64,000 nucleotides of DNA from a bacterium (lineage in GTDB: Bacteria; Bacillota_I; Bacilli_A; Izemoplasmatales; UBA1188), in assembly GCA_017960565.1 (NCBI GenBank), contig JAGCYY010000009.1, forward strand, positions 70,874-134,873, written 5' to 3'. Of the stretch, positions 19,663 through 28,537 are shown piece by piece. Position numbers and translations under genes: made by a program. How positions within the stretch are numbered: position 1 is the first letter of the stretch; each line of letters starts with the position of its first letter. Below the pieces are notes generated by a model. The model did not search any database, had not been told where the DNA came from, and was given only the letters and a program-made list of their open reading frames with translations.

Positions 19663-20056
19663 TTCTTCCGTTTCTCATAATTTCATAAATTTTCATAAAA
19701 TCATGAGAAAGATTATATTTATGAATATCTTCTTCTTTGATAAAGAATACTTTTCCTTCTTTAGATGATTTTAATTCACCATCATAATATTTTGTCCTAT
19801 ATAGGATTGATACATATCTAATTCCTTCAGTAAGAGTATCCCATTCGATATATGACATACATTCAAGATTATATATATCAAGTCCTGTTTCTTCCTTAAT
19901 TTCTCTTTTGCATGCATCTAAAATCGATTCATCATCTTCAACTTTGCCACCAGGAAAAGTGACTCCAGGCCAATCTTTTTTTGTTCTTTCTTGAACTAAA
20001 AATTCGCCATTTTCTTTATATATCATGCACATAATTGATAAATCTATTGTTTTCAT
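19649..20056 (-). CDS. NUDIX hydrolase (MutT-like)
   Basis: Nudix box GGKVEDDESILDACKREIKEETGL. Confidence 0.9.
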   Translation of the reverse strand: MKTIDLSIMCMIYKENGEFLVQERTKKDWPGVTFPGGKVEDDESILDACKREIKEETGLDIYNLECMSYIEWDTLTEGIRYVSILYRTKYYDGELKSSKEGKVFFIKEEDIHKYNLSHDFMKIYEIMRNGRKIEG

Positions 20057-20076
20057 ATATTTATACCATTATAAGA

Positions 20077-21006
20077 TTATTTGAATAATTTAGTAAATTC
20101 AGCTGGAATATTTGTTTTAAGAGAAATAAGCTTTTTAGTTTTTGGATCTATAAAATCTAATCTTGAAGCATGAAGCCCGAGTCTATTTATTGGATTTTCT
20201 TTGCTGTGATATTTTTCATCTCCAACAACCATATGACCAATATCTCTCATATGAACTCTTATCTGATTTTTTCTTCCTGTATCAATCACAAGTTTTACCA
20301 AACTAAAATTCCGATTTTCTTTTTCAACTTCAAAATGAGTTATAGCTATCTTAGCATTTTTATCTTTTGTTGAATACATAAGATGATTATCATTTTCTTT
20401 TAAGTATGATTTTATAGTTCCTTTCTTTTCATTAAATATGCCTTCACAAATAGCATAATATTCTCTTAATTTTATATCATCATTCCAATGCATTTTAAGC
20501 ATTGAATGAAGTTTTATATCTTTAGAGAATACAATTACACCAGATGTATCTTTATCTATTCTATGAAGAAGATAAGGCCTTGCCTTGGGATTTTTTATAG
20601 TTAGATATTCAAATACATATTTATATAATGATTCATTATCTTTATCAGATTCGACAGATAATAATCCCGATGGTTTATTGATTGCGATATAATCATCATT
20701 TTCAAATATGATATATTCTTTTAAATTAAATTGAGATGTTGTGTTTTTTCTTTTAGCTTGATTACTGGTGTTTTGCGAGTTTTTAGCAATTTTAACATCA
20801 TCATCTTTTGCGAGTGGATAATCAAATTGTCTTACTACGGATCCATTTACTAAAACTTTATTTTTAGAAAGAAGTGATTTTACACTGTTTCTTGATAAAT
20901 TTATTTTAGACAATAAAAATTCCAACAAAAAATCACTTTTATTGACTTTAAAAGTGTATGTATATTCAATTTTTGTTGTTTTAGTACTAGAGGTATTGTT
21001 TTTCAT
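20077..21006 (-). CDS. RluA family pseudouridine synthase with N-terminal S4 domain
   Basis: S4-like NSVKSLLSKNKVLVNGSVV. Catalytic HRIDKDTSGVIVFSK. GRKNQIRVH. Confidence 0.9.
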   Translation of the reverse strand: MKNNTSSTKTTKIEYTYTFKVNKSDFLLEFLLSKINLSRNSVKSLLSKNKVLVNGSVVRQFDYPLAKDDDVKIAKNSQNTSNQAKRKNTTSQFNLKEYIIFENDDYIAINKPSGLLSVESDKDNESLYKYVFEYLTIKNPKARPYLLHRIDKDTSGVIVFSKDIKLHSMLKMHWNDDIKLREYYAICEGIFNEKKGTIKSYLKENDNHLMYSTKDKNAKIAITHFEVEKENRNFSLVKLVIDTGRKNQIRVHMRDIGHMVVGDEKYHSKENPINRLGLHASRLDFIDPKTKKLISLKTNIPAEFTKLFK

Positions 21007-21049
21007 AAATTATATATAGATTATAACATTTAATCTATTTGTTTGATTA

Positions 21050-22510
21050 TTATTCGATTATAACTTCATCATTTTCATTTGTTTTAAAGCTTGAATTGAA
21101 ATATCCTTTTACAAATTCTTCCATTAATTTTATATCATTTGCACCAATTGTTTCTACTGCAGAATGCATCGCAAGTTGGGCAAGGCCAATGTCTGCGGCA
21201 TTCATCTCTAACTGTGCGCTTGTGATAAGACCTATTGTTCCACCACATCTTAAATCAGATCTATTATAATAATCTTGATAAGGTATATTCATCTTATCTG
21301 CGATTAATTTTACATAAGATGAAGACAAGGCATCAGTAGCATAATTTGTGTGATGTTTTATGACAATGCCTTTATTTAAATAAACTTGTGCTGAAATATC
21401 GCTTTTTTCTGGATGAGCTTGATGAACTGCATGGCCATTATCAATAGATAATACAAAGCCATCAGCGATAGCTTTGTTGTAATCATCTTTAGTATATCCT
21501 AGTTTTCTATTGATCTTATCAAGGACATCTACTAAAAAGGATGAACGTGCACCTTGTTTTGTAGAACTTCCAATTTCTTCATTATCTGAAAAATAACCGA
21601 TAGCGATTCCTTTAGGGGATGAACTTGTTATTGCTTTTACTATTGCATAAGCACTAGTTAAATTATCAAGTCTTGGTGAGACAAGAAGATCTTTATTTAC
21701 ACCACTATAAAAAGGTTTTACATCTGATACTACATATAAATCAGCATCTACTACCTCTTTATCTGATAATAAACTATATAGATCTTTATCAGATCTCAAA
21801 AGTGGCAACATATCAATCTGGGGATTTAGCGAAAAATTATCATTTACTGAACCATTGTGATGAATACATAAAGATGGGATATTTACGTTAAAATCACTTG
21901 ATACGATAGATGATGACAAAATATTATTTTCTTTTGTAATTATTCTTCCGGCAATTTTTAGCGGAATATCAAGCATTGAATAAAGAATTAAACCACCATA
22001 TATTTCAACGTTTATTTTCTTTCCTTCTTTACTATCTATTAAAGTATTACCTTTTACTTTTAGAGAAGGCGAATCAGTATGACATCCTGCAATATTAAAT
22101 GTATAGCTAGAAAGATCACCAATAGAAAAAGCGATCAATGCACTCTGATTTTTCAAAATATAATATTTTCCATTCTTTTTAAGATCCCAAGAATCAAAAT
22201 CAAATAATCTTACAAATCCATTTTCTTTTAAAATCGATTCAATATTTCTTGTCGAATGATATTGAGTATATGATGTTTCTAAAAATTCTTCTATCGATTT
22301 TGAAGCATTATATTCAGCAATGATTCCATTTGTTTTAAGTTCATTGATTGATACATCAAGAATACTAGATATCTTTTCTAATAATTCATCTGATGTAATT
22401 TTATCTTTAGATTCAAGTTGAGCATAAGCTTGCTGAGAGATATTTAACATTGAAGCTATTGTTTTTTGTGTTAAATTTTTCTTTTGACGATAATATTTAA
22501 GTTTATTCAT
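21050..22510 (-). CDS. XRE-family HTH domain fused to an M18 family aminopeptidase
   Basis: aa 1-58 (MNKLKYYRQKKNLTQKTIASMLNISQQAYAQLESKDKITSDELLEKISSILDVSINEL) form an HTH_3-type domain. The remainder carries M18 motifs GCHTDSPSLKVK, SDNEEIGSSTKQGARS, DNGHAVHQAHPEKSD and CGGTIGLITSAQL..AADIGLAQLAMHSAVE. RBS AAGGAG. Confidence 0.85.
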   Translation of the reverse strand: MNKLKYYRQKKNLTQKTIASMLNISQQAYAQLESKDKITSDELLEKISSILDVSINELKTNGIIAEYNASKSIEEFLETSYTQYHSTRNIESILKENGFVRLFDFDSWDLKKNGKYYILKNQSALIAFSIGDLSSYTFNIAGCHTDSPSLKVKGNTLIDSKEGKKINVEIYGGLILYSMLDIPLKIAGRIITKENNILSSSIVSSDFNVNIPSLCIHHNGSVNDNFSLNPQIDMLPLLRSDKDLYSLLSDKEVVDADLYVVSDVKPFYSGVNKDLLVSPRLDNLTSAYAIVKAITSSSPKGIAIGYFSDNEEIGSSTKQGARSSFLVDVLDKINRKLGYTKDDYNKAIADGFVLSIDNGHAVHQAHPEKSDISAQVYLNKGIVIKHHTNYATDALSSSYVKLIADKMNIPYQDYYNRSDLRCGGTIGLITSAQLEMNAADIGLAQLAMHSAVETIGANDIKLMEEFVKGYFNSSFKTNENDEVIIE

Positions 22511-22626
22511 AGATTTCTCCTTGTATATTTATATATAATTACATTGTATACTATTTATTTATATTTTAAAATACAATTTATTAAAATTTATTAAATATGA
22601 TATAATATGACTATAGATGTTTTAAT

Positions 22627-22893
22627 ATGAATGAAATTAGAATTGATAAAGCGATTAGCTTTTTAAAACAAGAATATACATTAGAATCGATAATAGATAA
22701 TAAAATCACAAGATTCAAATATATAAATAATAATATATTTATTTCTAGCGATAATGCATATTATTATTTAGATGAATATGAGTTTATTGAGCTATTTAAA
22801 GATTATTCTTTTAGCATCACTGATAATGTAATAGACTATATTGATGAAGAAAGAGATAAAGAATATTATAATATACCAAAAATAAAGAAGTGA
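22627..22893 (+). CDS. Hypothetical small acidic protein (88 aa)
   Basis: ORF with a TATAAT-like box upstream and a strong hairpin terminator downstream. No recognisable family. Confidence 0.45.
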   Translation: MNEIRIDKAISFLKQEYTLESIIDNKITRFKYINNNIFISSDNAYYYLDEYEFIELFKDYSFSITDNVIDYIDEERDKEYYNIPKIKK

Positions 22894-22908
22894 CATCACT
22901 TCTTTATT
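22881..22908. terminator. Bidirectional palindromic terminator
   Basis: aataaagaagtga/ca/tcacttctttatt: 13-nt perfect inverted repeat that includes the TGA stop of the + gene and abuts the stop of the GNAT gene. Confidence 0.75.
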
Positions 22909-23427
22909 TTACACTATTAGTTCATAAGCTAATCTTGAATTATCAACTTCATCACGCTTAAGATAGATTATTCCTCTATATGAAAAGCCATTATTTATAA
23001 GAATTTTTTGCATTGGAATATTCTTTATATGAGTATCAGCTTTTATCGATTTAATCGATAAATTTTTCGCATGCTCAATAGAATATTTAATGAATATATC
23101 CCCAATTTTTCTATTGTGATATCCATTTCTTACTGCGATTCTATGAATAGTTAAATCTTTAGTAGATGCTTTTTCTATCCAGTTTCCATCAATCTCTATA
23201 TAATTCCTATCTAAACCTTTCACAAGTGCCACAATCCCAAGAAGATAGTCATTTTCATAATAACCATATAATTCGTTATTTTGAATATCTATAGACATCA
23301 CTGTTTTGTTTGGATAACCTTGTTGCCACTGAAGAGAATCTTTTTTTAATAACTCTTTAGCATCTTCAATTATATTCATTACTTCATCAATCTCATCTAA
23401 AGTGACTAATTTAATTATATAAGCCAT
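22909..23427 (-). CDS. GNAT family N-acetyltransferase
   Basis: Acetyl-CoA binding core IHRIAVRNGYHNRKIGDIFIKYSIEHAK. Confidence 0.85.
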   Translation of the reverse strand: MAYIIKLVTLDEIDEVMNIIEDAKELLKKDSLQWQQGYPNKTVMSIDIQNNELYGYYENDYLLGIVALVKGLDRNYIEIDGNWIEKASTKDLTIHRIAVRNGYHNRKIGDIFIKYSIEHAKNLSIKSIKADTHIKNIPMQKILINNGFSYRGIIYLKRDEVDNSRLAYELIV

Positions 23428-23441
23428 TTTTAATTCCCTTC

Positions 23442-24383
23442 TTATTCTTTTAGTTCTTTAAAACCTTCACCATCTATTTCGTGAGTTCTATGGATTATTG
23501 TAAAGGCTTTACGATCATATCTTGTGATTATTGACATCACCTGTGTATATTGTCTTATAGTAAATGATACAATAAGCATTTTCTTCATTTCTTTAGTATA
23601 ACCACCTTCAATATCTAAAATTGAAGTTGTTCTGTTTAGTTTATTTATAACTTCATCAGTGATTTCTTGATATTTATCGGTGATGATATATGCAGCAAAC
23701 GAATCTGATTGTCCAACAAATATTCTATCTACTACTAGTGCAGCAATAAAAGCTGAAAAAACACCTTCAAGGCATAACGCAATATCATGATCTTTATTTA
23801 TAATAAAACCTAATATAACGATTATGGCATCGATTATGAATATTGATGCTGAACTCTTGATTCTTTTAAAATATTTACAGATGATAAATGTGATAATATC
23901 TACTCCACCTGTTGAACCACCTCCAACAAATGTGATTGCACAGCCAGCGCCAACTAATATACCGCCAAATAGTGAAGATAGTAAAGTGATTAAAGCGGGA
24001 TTTCCGGCAAGAGATTGTGATTCAGCAATTAATAGAAAGCTATATTTAGAACATATAAAATTAATTAACAATAGAAATAATGGATATGTGATAGTGGAGA
24101 TTAAAGTCTGAGCACTAAAAGACCATCCTAAGAATATTAATCCTAAAAAGAATAAAATCCAGCCTATTATACCTATGATTATTTCAGTGCTAAATTCAAT
24201 TCCGGCATATTTAAAACATATCGCAATACCTGATACGCCTCCTGTGTCAAGTTCTTGAGGGATGATAAACATTTCCGTACCCATCGCAAGAATAAATGTT
24301 CCAAGGAGGACTAAGAGTGTATTGGATATTAATTTTAGAGTATTTTCTTTTGTGAAATTTTTAAATAATTTATTTAAGTTCAT
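23442..24383 (-). CDS. YitT family membrane protein (DUF161 repeats + C-terminal DUF2179)
   Basis: GGVSGIAI and GGSTGGVDII motifs in TM repeats. The C-terminal soluble domain IITDKYQEITDEVINKLNRTTSILDIEGGYTKEMKKMLIVS is typical of YitT proteins. Confidence 0.85.
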   Translation of the reverse strand: MNLNKLFKNFTKENTLKLISNTLLVLLGTFILAMGTEMFIIPQELDTGGVSGIAICFKYAGIEFSTEIIIGIIGWILFFLGLIFLGWSFSAQTLISTITYPLFLLLINFICSKYSFLLIAESQSLAGNPALITLLSSLFGGILVGAGCAITFVGGGSTGGVDIITFIICKYFKRIKSSASIFIIDAIIVILGFIINKDHDIALCLEGVFSAFIAALVVDRIFVGQSDSFAAYIITDKYQEITDEVINKLNRTTSILDIEGGYTKEMKKMLIVSFTIRQYTQVMSIITRYDRKAFTIIHRTHEIDGEGFKELKE

Positions 24384-24414
24384 ATACTACCAACTTATTT
24401 TTATTTGTACATAG

Positions 24415-24441
24415 AAAAGGAGCATTTGAGTTGCTCCTTTT
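24415..24441 (-). terminator. Rho-independent terminator
   Basis: aaaaggagca/tttgagt/tgctcctttt, followed by a T-rich run on the minus strand. Confidence 0.75.
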
Positions 24442-24447
24442 AGTGTA

Positions 24448-25710
24448 TTAGTAATTGTTTAATGCAGTTGTATAAGCATCTTTGATTATTCCGATTTGGA
24501 CATCTTTAGATAGAACTGAAGCATCATCTATTCTAAACCAAATCTTATGATCTTCATATTTGTCTTTGCCAATAAGTGGATATTGAATAATTAATCTTAT
24601 TGCTTTATCTAATTCTAATCTAAATGATAATGTTCTATTATGATTTGATAAAGTTAAGAATTTAACCTTATTAACGTAATAATCAGTATGTGCATCACCT
24701 TTAACCATTGAACAATTCTTAAATTCAAATGAGGTATCAAATATTTGATCTAAATTAGATTGTTCGAATAAGACTTGTTTGATTACTGCTTTTTCTTCTA
24801 TTTGCGTTTCTAAAACATCTTCTGTCCTTGGTAGTTCATAATTAGGATCATCGATTCTTTCTCTATTTTCAAATGGAGATTTATATGGTGCAAGTGGAAC
24901 TACTTTTTCTGGTGCTTTTTTATATAATTCTTCTTCTCTCTTTTTGTTTTTCTTCATAACAATTGGCGAGATGATGATATATAAAATAAAAGCTAAAGCC
25001 GCAATAATTAGATAAATATATTTATAGATATTTTTAGTGGTTTCGATTATTGATAAATCTGTATTAGAACTAAAAATATTCTTAAATAAAGATACACCAG
25101 AACCTAAATTATTATAATAATCTGTGAATCCTTTTAATGATAAGAAAGTTAAAATAATTAGAAGCATCCAATTGATAAATTTAACAAAACCACCACGTTT
25201 AAATGCTTTATTGAATATAGCGATTAATAATAGAAGTTCTAAGATTATAAAGAAATAGAATACACCAGTAAGGTATGACATCTTATCATTTAAGAATGGA
25301 ATCATTCTAATGATTTTACCAAATCCTAAATAATCATTTTGAATAAATTCAAATCCTGAAGGATTCTTATCTATATAATTAAATAAAGATAATAAGAATC
25401 CAGATAAAGATGCTGAAATGCCAATATAATAGATGGGAGCATAGCTAGCATTTTGAACCGGTTTAGTTGTGACTTCTTTTAAACTCTTCTTTCTATCAAG
25501 AACGGATAGAATCAAAAATATAAATGATATTAGTAGAGCAATTAAAGGTATTAATAATATTTTTTGTTCAGGATGCGATGATAAATAATTGCCAAAGCTT
25601 GATAAGCCTATCTTAGAAAAAACCCATGATGTAATATCAAAAGGGATGAATACAAAGATAGCAGATATGAAACAGATAATATTAATAAATCTTGCAAAAA
25701 ACTTTTTCAT
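24448..25710 (-). CDS. Polytopic membrane protein with a soluble C-terminal domain (possibly MmcQ/YjbR-like)
   Basis: About 8 hydrophobic segments in aa 1-250. The C-terminal ~120 aa (FLTLSNHNRTLSFRLELDKAIRLIIQYPLIGKDKYEDHKIWFRIDD...IIKDAYTTAL) loosely follow the YjbR pattern. The domain call is tentative. Confidence 0.5.
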   Translation of the reverse strand: MKKFFARFINIICFISAIFVFIPFDITSWVFSKIGLSSFGNYLSSHPEQKILLIPLIALLISFIFLILSVLDRKKSLKEVTTKPVQNASYAPIYYIGISASLSGFLLSLFNYIDKNPSGFEFIQNDYLGFGKIIRMIPFLNDKMSYLTGVFYFFIILELLLLIAIFNKAFKRGGFVKFINWMLLIILTFLSLKGFTDYYNNLGSGVSLFKNIFSSNTDLSIIETTKNIYKYIYLIIAALAFILYIIISPIVMKKNKKREEELYKKAPEKVVPLAPYKSPFENRERIDDPNYELPRTEDVLETQIEEKAVIKQVLFEQSNLDQIFDTSFEFKNCSMVKGDAHTDYYVNKVKFLTLSNHNRTLSFRLELDKAIRLIIQYPLIGKDKYEDHKIWFRIDDASVLSKDVQIGIIKDAYTTALNNY

Positions 25711-25822
25711 CAGCTATTACTCCTTTCGTTATGATTTACAATCTAATTATATATTTAAGAATATCTAAAGTGCAAGATATTTTGCTTATTTATTTTATTC
25801 TTTTAATGTTTATTTATAAGCA

Positions 25823-26656
25823 TTAAAAATAAAACGAATATTCATAATTGTCTAAATCATCCATATTTTCAATTTCTATATATAACATTACGATGGCTCC
25901 TTTTTCTTCACTATATAAGATAATAACATCGCTTGCAGAATTTGGATTAGTTACAAAACTTTTTGTAGATAAATTACCTCTTGCAAAATATTCATAATCG
26001 AATATTGAATATTCATTTTTAGTAAAATATCCTGTCGATACAAATTTATCATAAAATAATTGATTATTTTCTTCATCTTTTAGTTTCATATATGAGAAAA
26101 ATTTTGTATCTTGAATTATTAAAGCTTTTTCATTTATTCTCTCTGTCACAAGTTTATTATCAAAGAAAGAATTATAGCCTCGATAGTCTTCAACAAAATG
26201 TGAAGAAAATGTAAGAGAAATAGAGAATATTTCTAAAAGAGCGAGCGCAAATAGTGCGCCAAATATTATCTTTAAAGCACCATTTGTTACACCTTTTCTT
26301 AAATTTACAGATGCATATATTATCAATATGACATTAAGAATCAAAGCTGCAAGAATGATTAAGCTTAATGGCCCAAGATTAGAAAGATAGAAAATGTCGA
26401 CACTTACATATATTAAAATAGTTATTACTGGTGCAGCAAATGTTAATAAGACAGCGAAGAATGTTAAGATTCTAGCGATTCTTCTAATCTTTTTTGCTTG
26501 ATTATAAGTTGCATCATCATATTCATATTTGTTTTGTTTTCTTGATTCTACGTCTTCATAATCATTATTAGATTTTTTAGATAATTTGGCTCCACAATAT
26601 GGACAATATTTAACGCTTTCATTTTCAATTTTTTGACCGCAATATGGACAATACAT
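25823..26656 (-). CDS. Zinc-ribbon domain membrane protein
   Basis: ATG at 26656 is preceded by AAGGAGG. The N-terminus MYCPYCGQKIENESVKYCPYCGAKL is a double CxxC zinc ribbon, followed by 3-4 TM segments. The ORF-track extension to 26722 runs into the tRNA. Confidence 0.8.
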   Translation of the reverse strand: MYCPYCGQKIENESVKYCPYCGAKLSKKSNNDYEDVESRKQNKYEYDDATYNQAKKIRRIARILTFFAVLLTFAAPVITILIYVSVDIFYLSNLGPLSLIILAALILNVILIIYASVNLRKGVTNGALKIIFGALFALALLEIFSISLTFSSHFVEDYRGYNSFFDNKLVTERINEKALIIQDTKFFSYMKLKDEENNQLFYDKFVSTGYFTKNEYSIFDYEYFARGNLSTKSFVTNPNSASDVIILYSEEKGAIVMLYIEIENMDDLDNYEYSFYF

Positions 26657-26683
26657 AGAAAATTCCTCCTTAAATTTAATATG

Positions 26684-26764
26684 TAGGAGAGATGGGACTT
26701 GAACCCACACGGATTGCTCCAATGGTGTTTGAGACCATCGCGTCTACCCTTCCGCCACTCTCCC
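26684..26764 (-). tRNA. tRNA-Leu (anticodon CAA), type II with long variable arm
   Basis: Manual cloverleaf of GGGAGAG UG GCG GAAGGGUAGA CGC G AUGGU CUCAAAC ACCAU UGGAGCAAUCCGU GUGGG UUCAAGU CCCAU CUCUCCU A. It has U8, a GG D-loop, a TUCAAGU T-loop, and an anticodon loop CU-CAA-AC. G1-U72 wobble. No encoded CCA. Confidence 0.9.
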
Positions 26765-26775
26765 ATATATTTTTA

Positions 26776-28458
26776 TTACATCTTATCTACTAATTTCATG
26801 CCAAGAAGTTTCATGCCAAGATCTAGGCGTGATTTTATAAGATAGATAAGATATAATTTAGTATTTCTTTCAATAATGTCATCAACTAAGCATTTTTCTT
26901 TAGAATAAAAACTGTTGAATAAAGATGCTAATTGAAGTAAATATTTTGCAAGATAATTTGGTGCATATTCTTCTTTACATTTTTCGAGTATTACATCAAA
27001 TTCATCCAGTTTTTTAACGATTTCAAAGAAATCATCTTTTGATAATAACTCAAATGAGATATTGTCTTTATCAAAATCTGATTGTTTTAGAATTGATGAT
27101 ATTCTAACGCTTGTGTATTGAAGATATGGTCCTGTTTGGCCTTCAAATCTTGTCGCATCTTCAAGATTGAATTCATAATCATTTTCATGATAATTCTTAA
27201 GATCGTTGAAGATGATAGCGCTTACACCAACATTTTTAGCGATTTCATCTTTATCATCTAATGAATCATTCTTTTCTTGAATATGTTCTTTTGCGAGTCT
27301 TATTGATTCATTCAATACTTCATTTAGACCAATAGCGTTTCCGTGTCTTGTAGACATCTTCTTACCGCCAGTAAGAATTAAACCAAAATTGACGTGTGTT
27401 ACAGAATCTTTAAATGGAGCATCCATTCTTTTAAGAACTCTTTTTAATTGATTGAAATATAGTTTTTGTTCATTACCAACGCAATATAGCATTTGATCGA
27501 AATGATATTTGTCATATCTTCTATGAATTTCTTCAAGATCTCTTGTGATATAAAGAGTTGCACCATCGCTTCTTTTCACAATCGCAGGTGGTATATCATC
27601 TCCGATTCTTATGATAGTTGCTCCATTGTCAATTTCGAGAAGATTTTTCTTATCTAATAGACTAAGAACTCTATTAGAATCACGTGAAGCACTTGCTTCA
27701 CTAGAATATTCATCAAATGTAACACCTAAAAGATCATAAATTCTTTTAAATTCTTTTAGCGATGCATCTTTAAAAGATGACCATAGTGCACGATATTTTG
27801 GGTTTCCTTCTTCAAGTTCATTGAAAATTTCTCTTGCTTTATCATCTAATGATGGATCTTTTTCAGCTTCTTCATGGAATTTTACATATAGTGATACAAG
27901 TTCACTAATTGGGTTTTCCATGACTTTTTCTTTATCTCCCCAGTTTAAATATGCATAGATGAGTTTACCAAATTGTGTTCCAAAGTCACCTAAGTGATTA
28001 ATTCTTACAACTTTATAATTTAGATATTCAAAAATGTTCCCAATAGATTGACCTAAAATTGTGCTTCTTAAATGACCAATTGAGAAATTTTTAGCGATAT
28101 TAGGAGATGAATAATCTATAAGAATAACACCTTTAGGATCATTTTTTTCTTTTATAGAGTCTACGTTATCTAATATTAATTTGATAAGCTTTTCTCTACT
28201 ATAAAAGGCGTTGACATAAGGACCAACACATTCGATTTTTTCAAAATAATCTAGTTCTTCTAAATAATTTTTAATAAGAGGAGCTATCTCCATTGGACTT
28301 TTATGAAGAATTTTTGAAAGTTGAAATGAAGGGATAGCAATATCACCTTTTGTTTTATCTTTAGGATTCTCAACGACTAAAGATAGAGATAAGTTCATCT
28401 CTTCATTTACACGTTTATTTAAATATTCTTGAATTTTAATTTTTAGTACTTCTAACAT
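26776..28458 (-). CDS. argS: Arginine--tRNA ligase
   Basis: Class I HIGH-type SSPNIAKNFSIGHLRS, KMSK-type KMSTRHG, and a DALR-type C-terminus. 560 aa. Confidence 0.95.
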   Translation of the reverse strand: MLEVLKIKIQEYLNKRVNEEMNLSLSLVVENPKDKTKGDIAIPSFQLSKILHKSPMEIAPLIKNYLEELDYFEKIECVGPYVNAFYSREKLIKLILDNVDSIKEKNDPKGVILIDYSSPNIAKNFSIGHLRSTILGQSIGNIFEYLNYKVVRINHLGDFGTQFGKLIYAYLNWGDKEKVMENPISELVSLYVKFHEEAEKDPSLDDKAREIFNELEEGNPKYRALWSSFKDASLKEFKRIYDLLGVTFDEYSSEASASRDSNRVLSLLDKKNLLEIDNGATIIRIGDDIPPAIVKRSDGATLYITRDLEEIHRRYDKYHFDQMLYCVGNEQKLYFNQLKRVLKRMDAPFKDSVTHVNFGLILTGGKKMSTRHGNAIGLNEVLNESIRLAKEHIQEKNDSLDDKDEIAKNVGVSAIIFNDLKNYHENDYEFNLEDATRFEGQTGPYLQYTSVRISSILKQSDFDKDNISFELLSKDDFFEIVKKLDEFDVILEKCKEEYAPNYLAKYLLQLASLFNSFYSKEKCLVDDIIERNTKLYLIYLIKSRLDLGMKLLGMKLVDKM

Positions 28459-28537
28459 AATAAATCACCTAGATAGATTTTATCATTACTAAGATTTAAT
28501 GTAAAGAAATAAGATTAATCTTATTTGGCTTTATTAA

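Noticed and set aside
22575-22594. Tandem AATTTATTAA x2 as a definite operator for the HTH-aminopeptidase
   Set aside because: In sequence this AT-rich, a 10-mer tandem of pure A/T cannot be distinguished from low-complexity slippage. It is mentioned only as a candidate within the fusion-protein finding.
26684-26764. tRNA-Leu as an integration hotspot for an island or prophage
   Set aside because: There is no integrase and no direct repeat of the tRNA 3' end that I could find nearby. The flanking genes (argS, membrane proteins) have host-like composition.
26548-26766. 72-aa ORF and the 22-codon N-terminal extension of ORF 25823-26722
   Set aside because: Both read through the tRNA-Leu gene (26684-26764). 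The zinc-ribbon gene has a perfect AAGGAGG RBS in front of the internal ATG at 26656.
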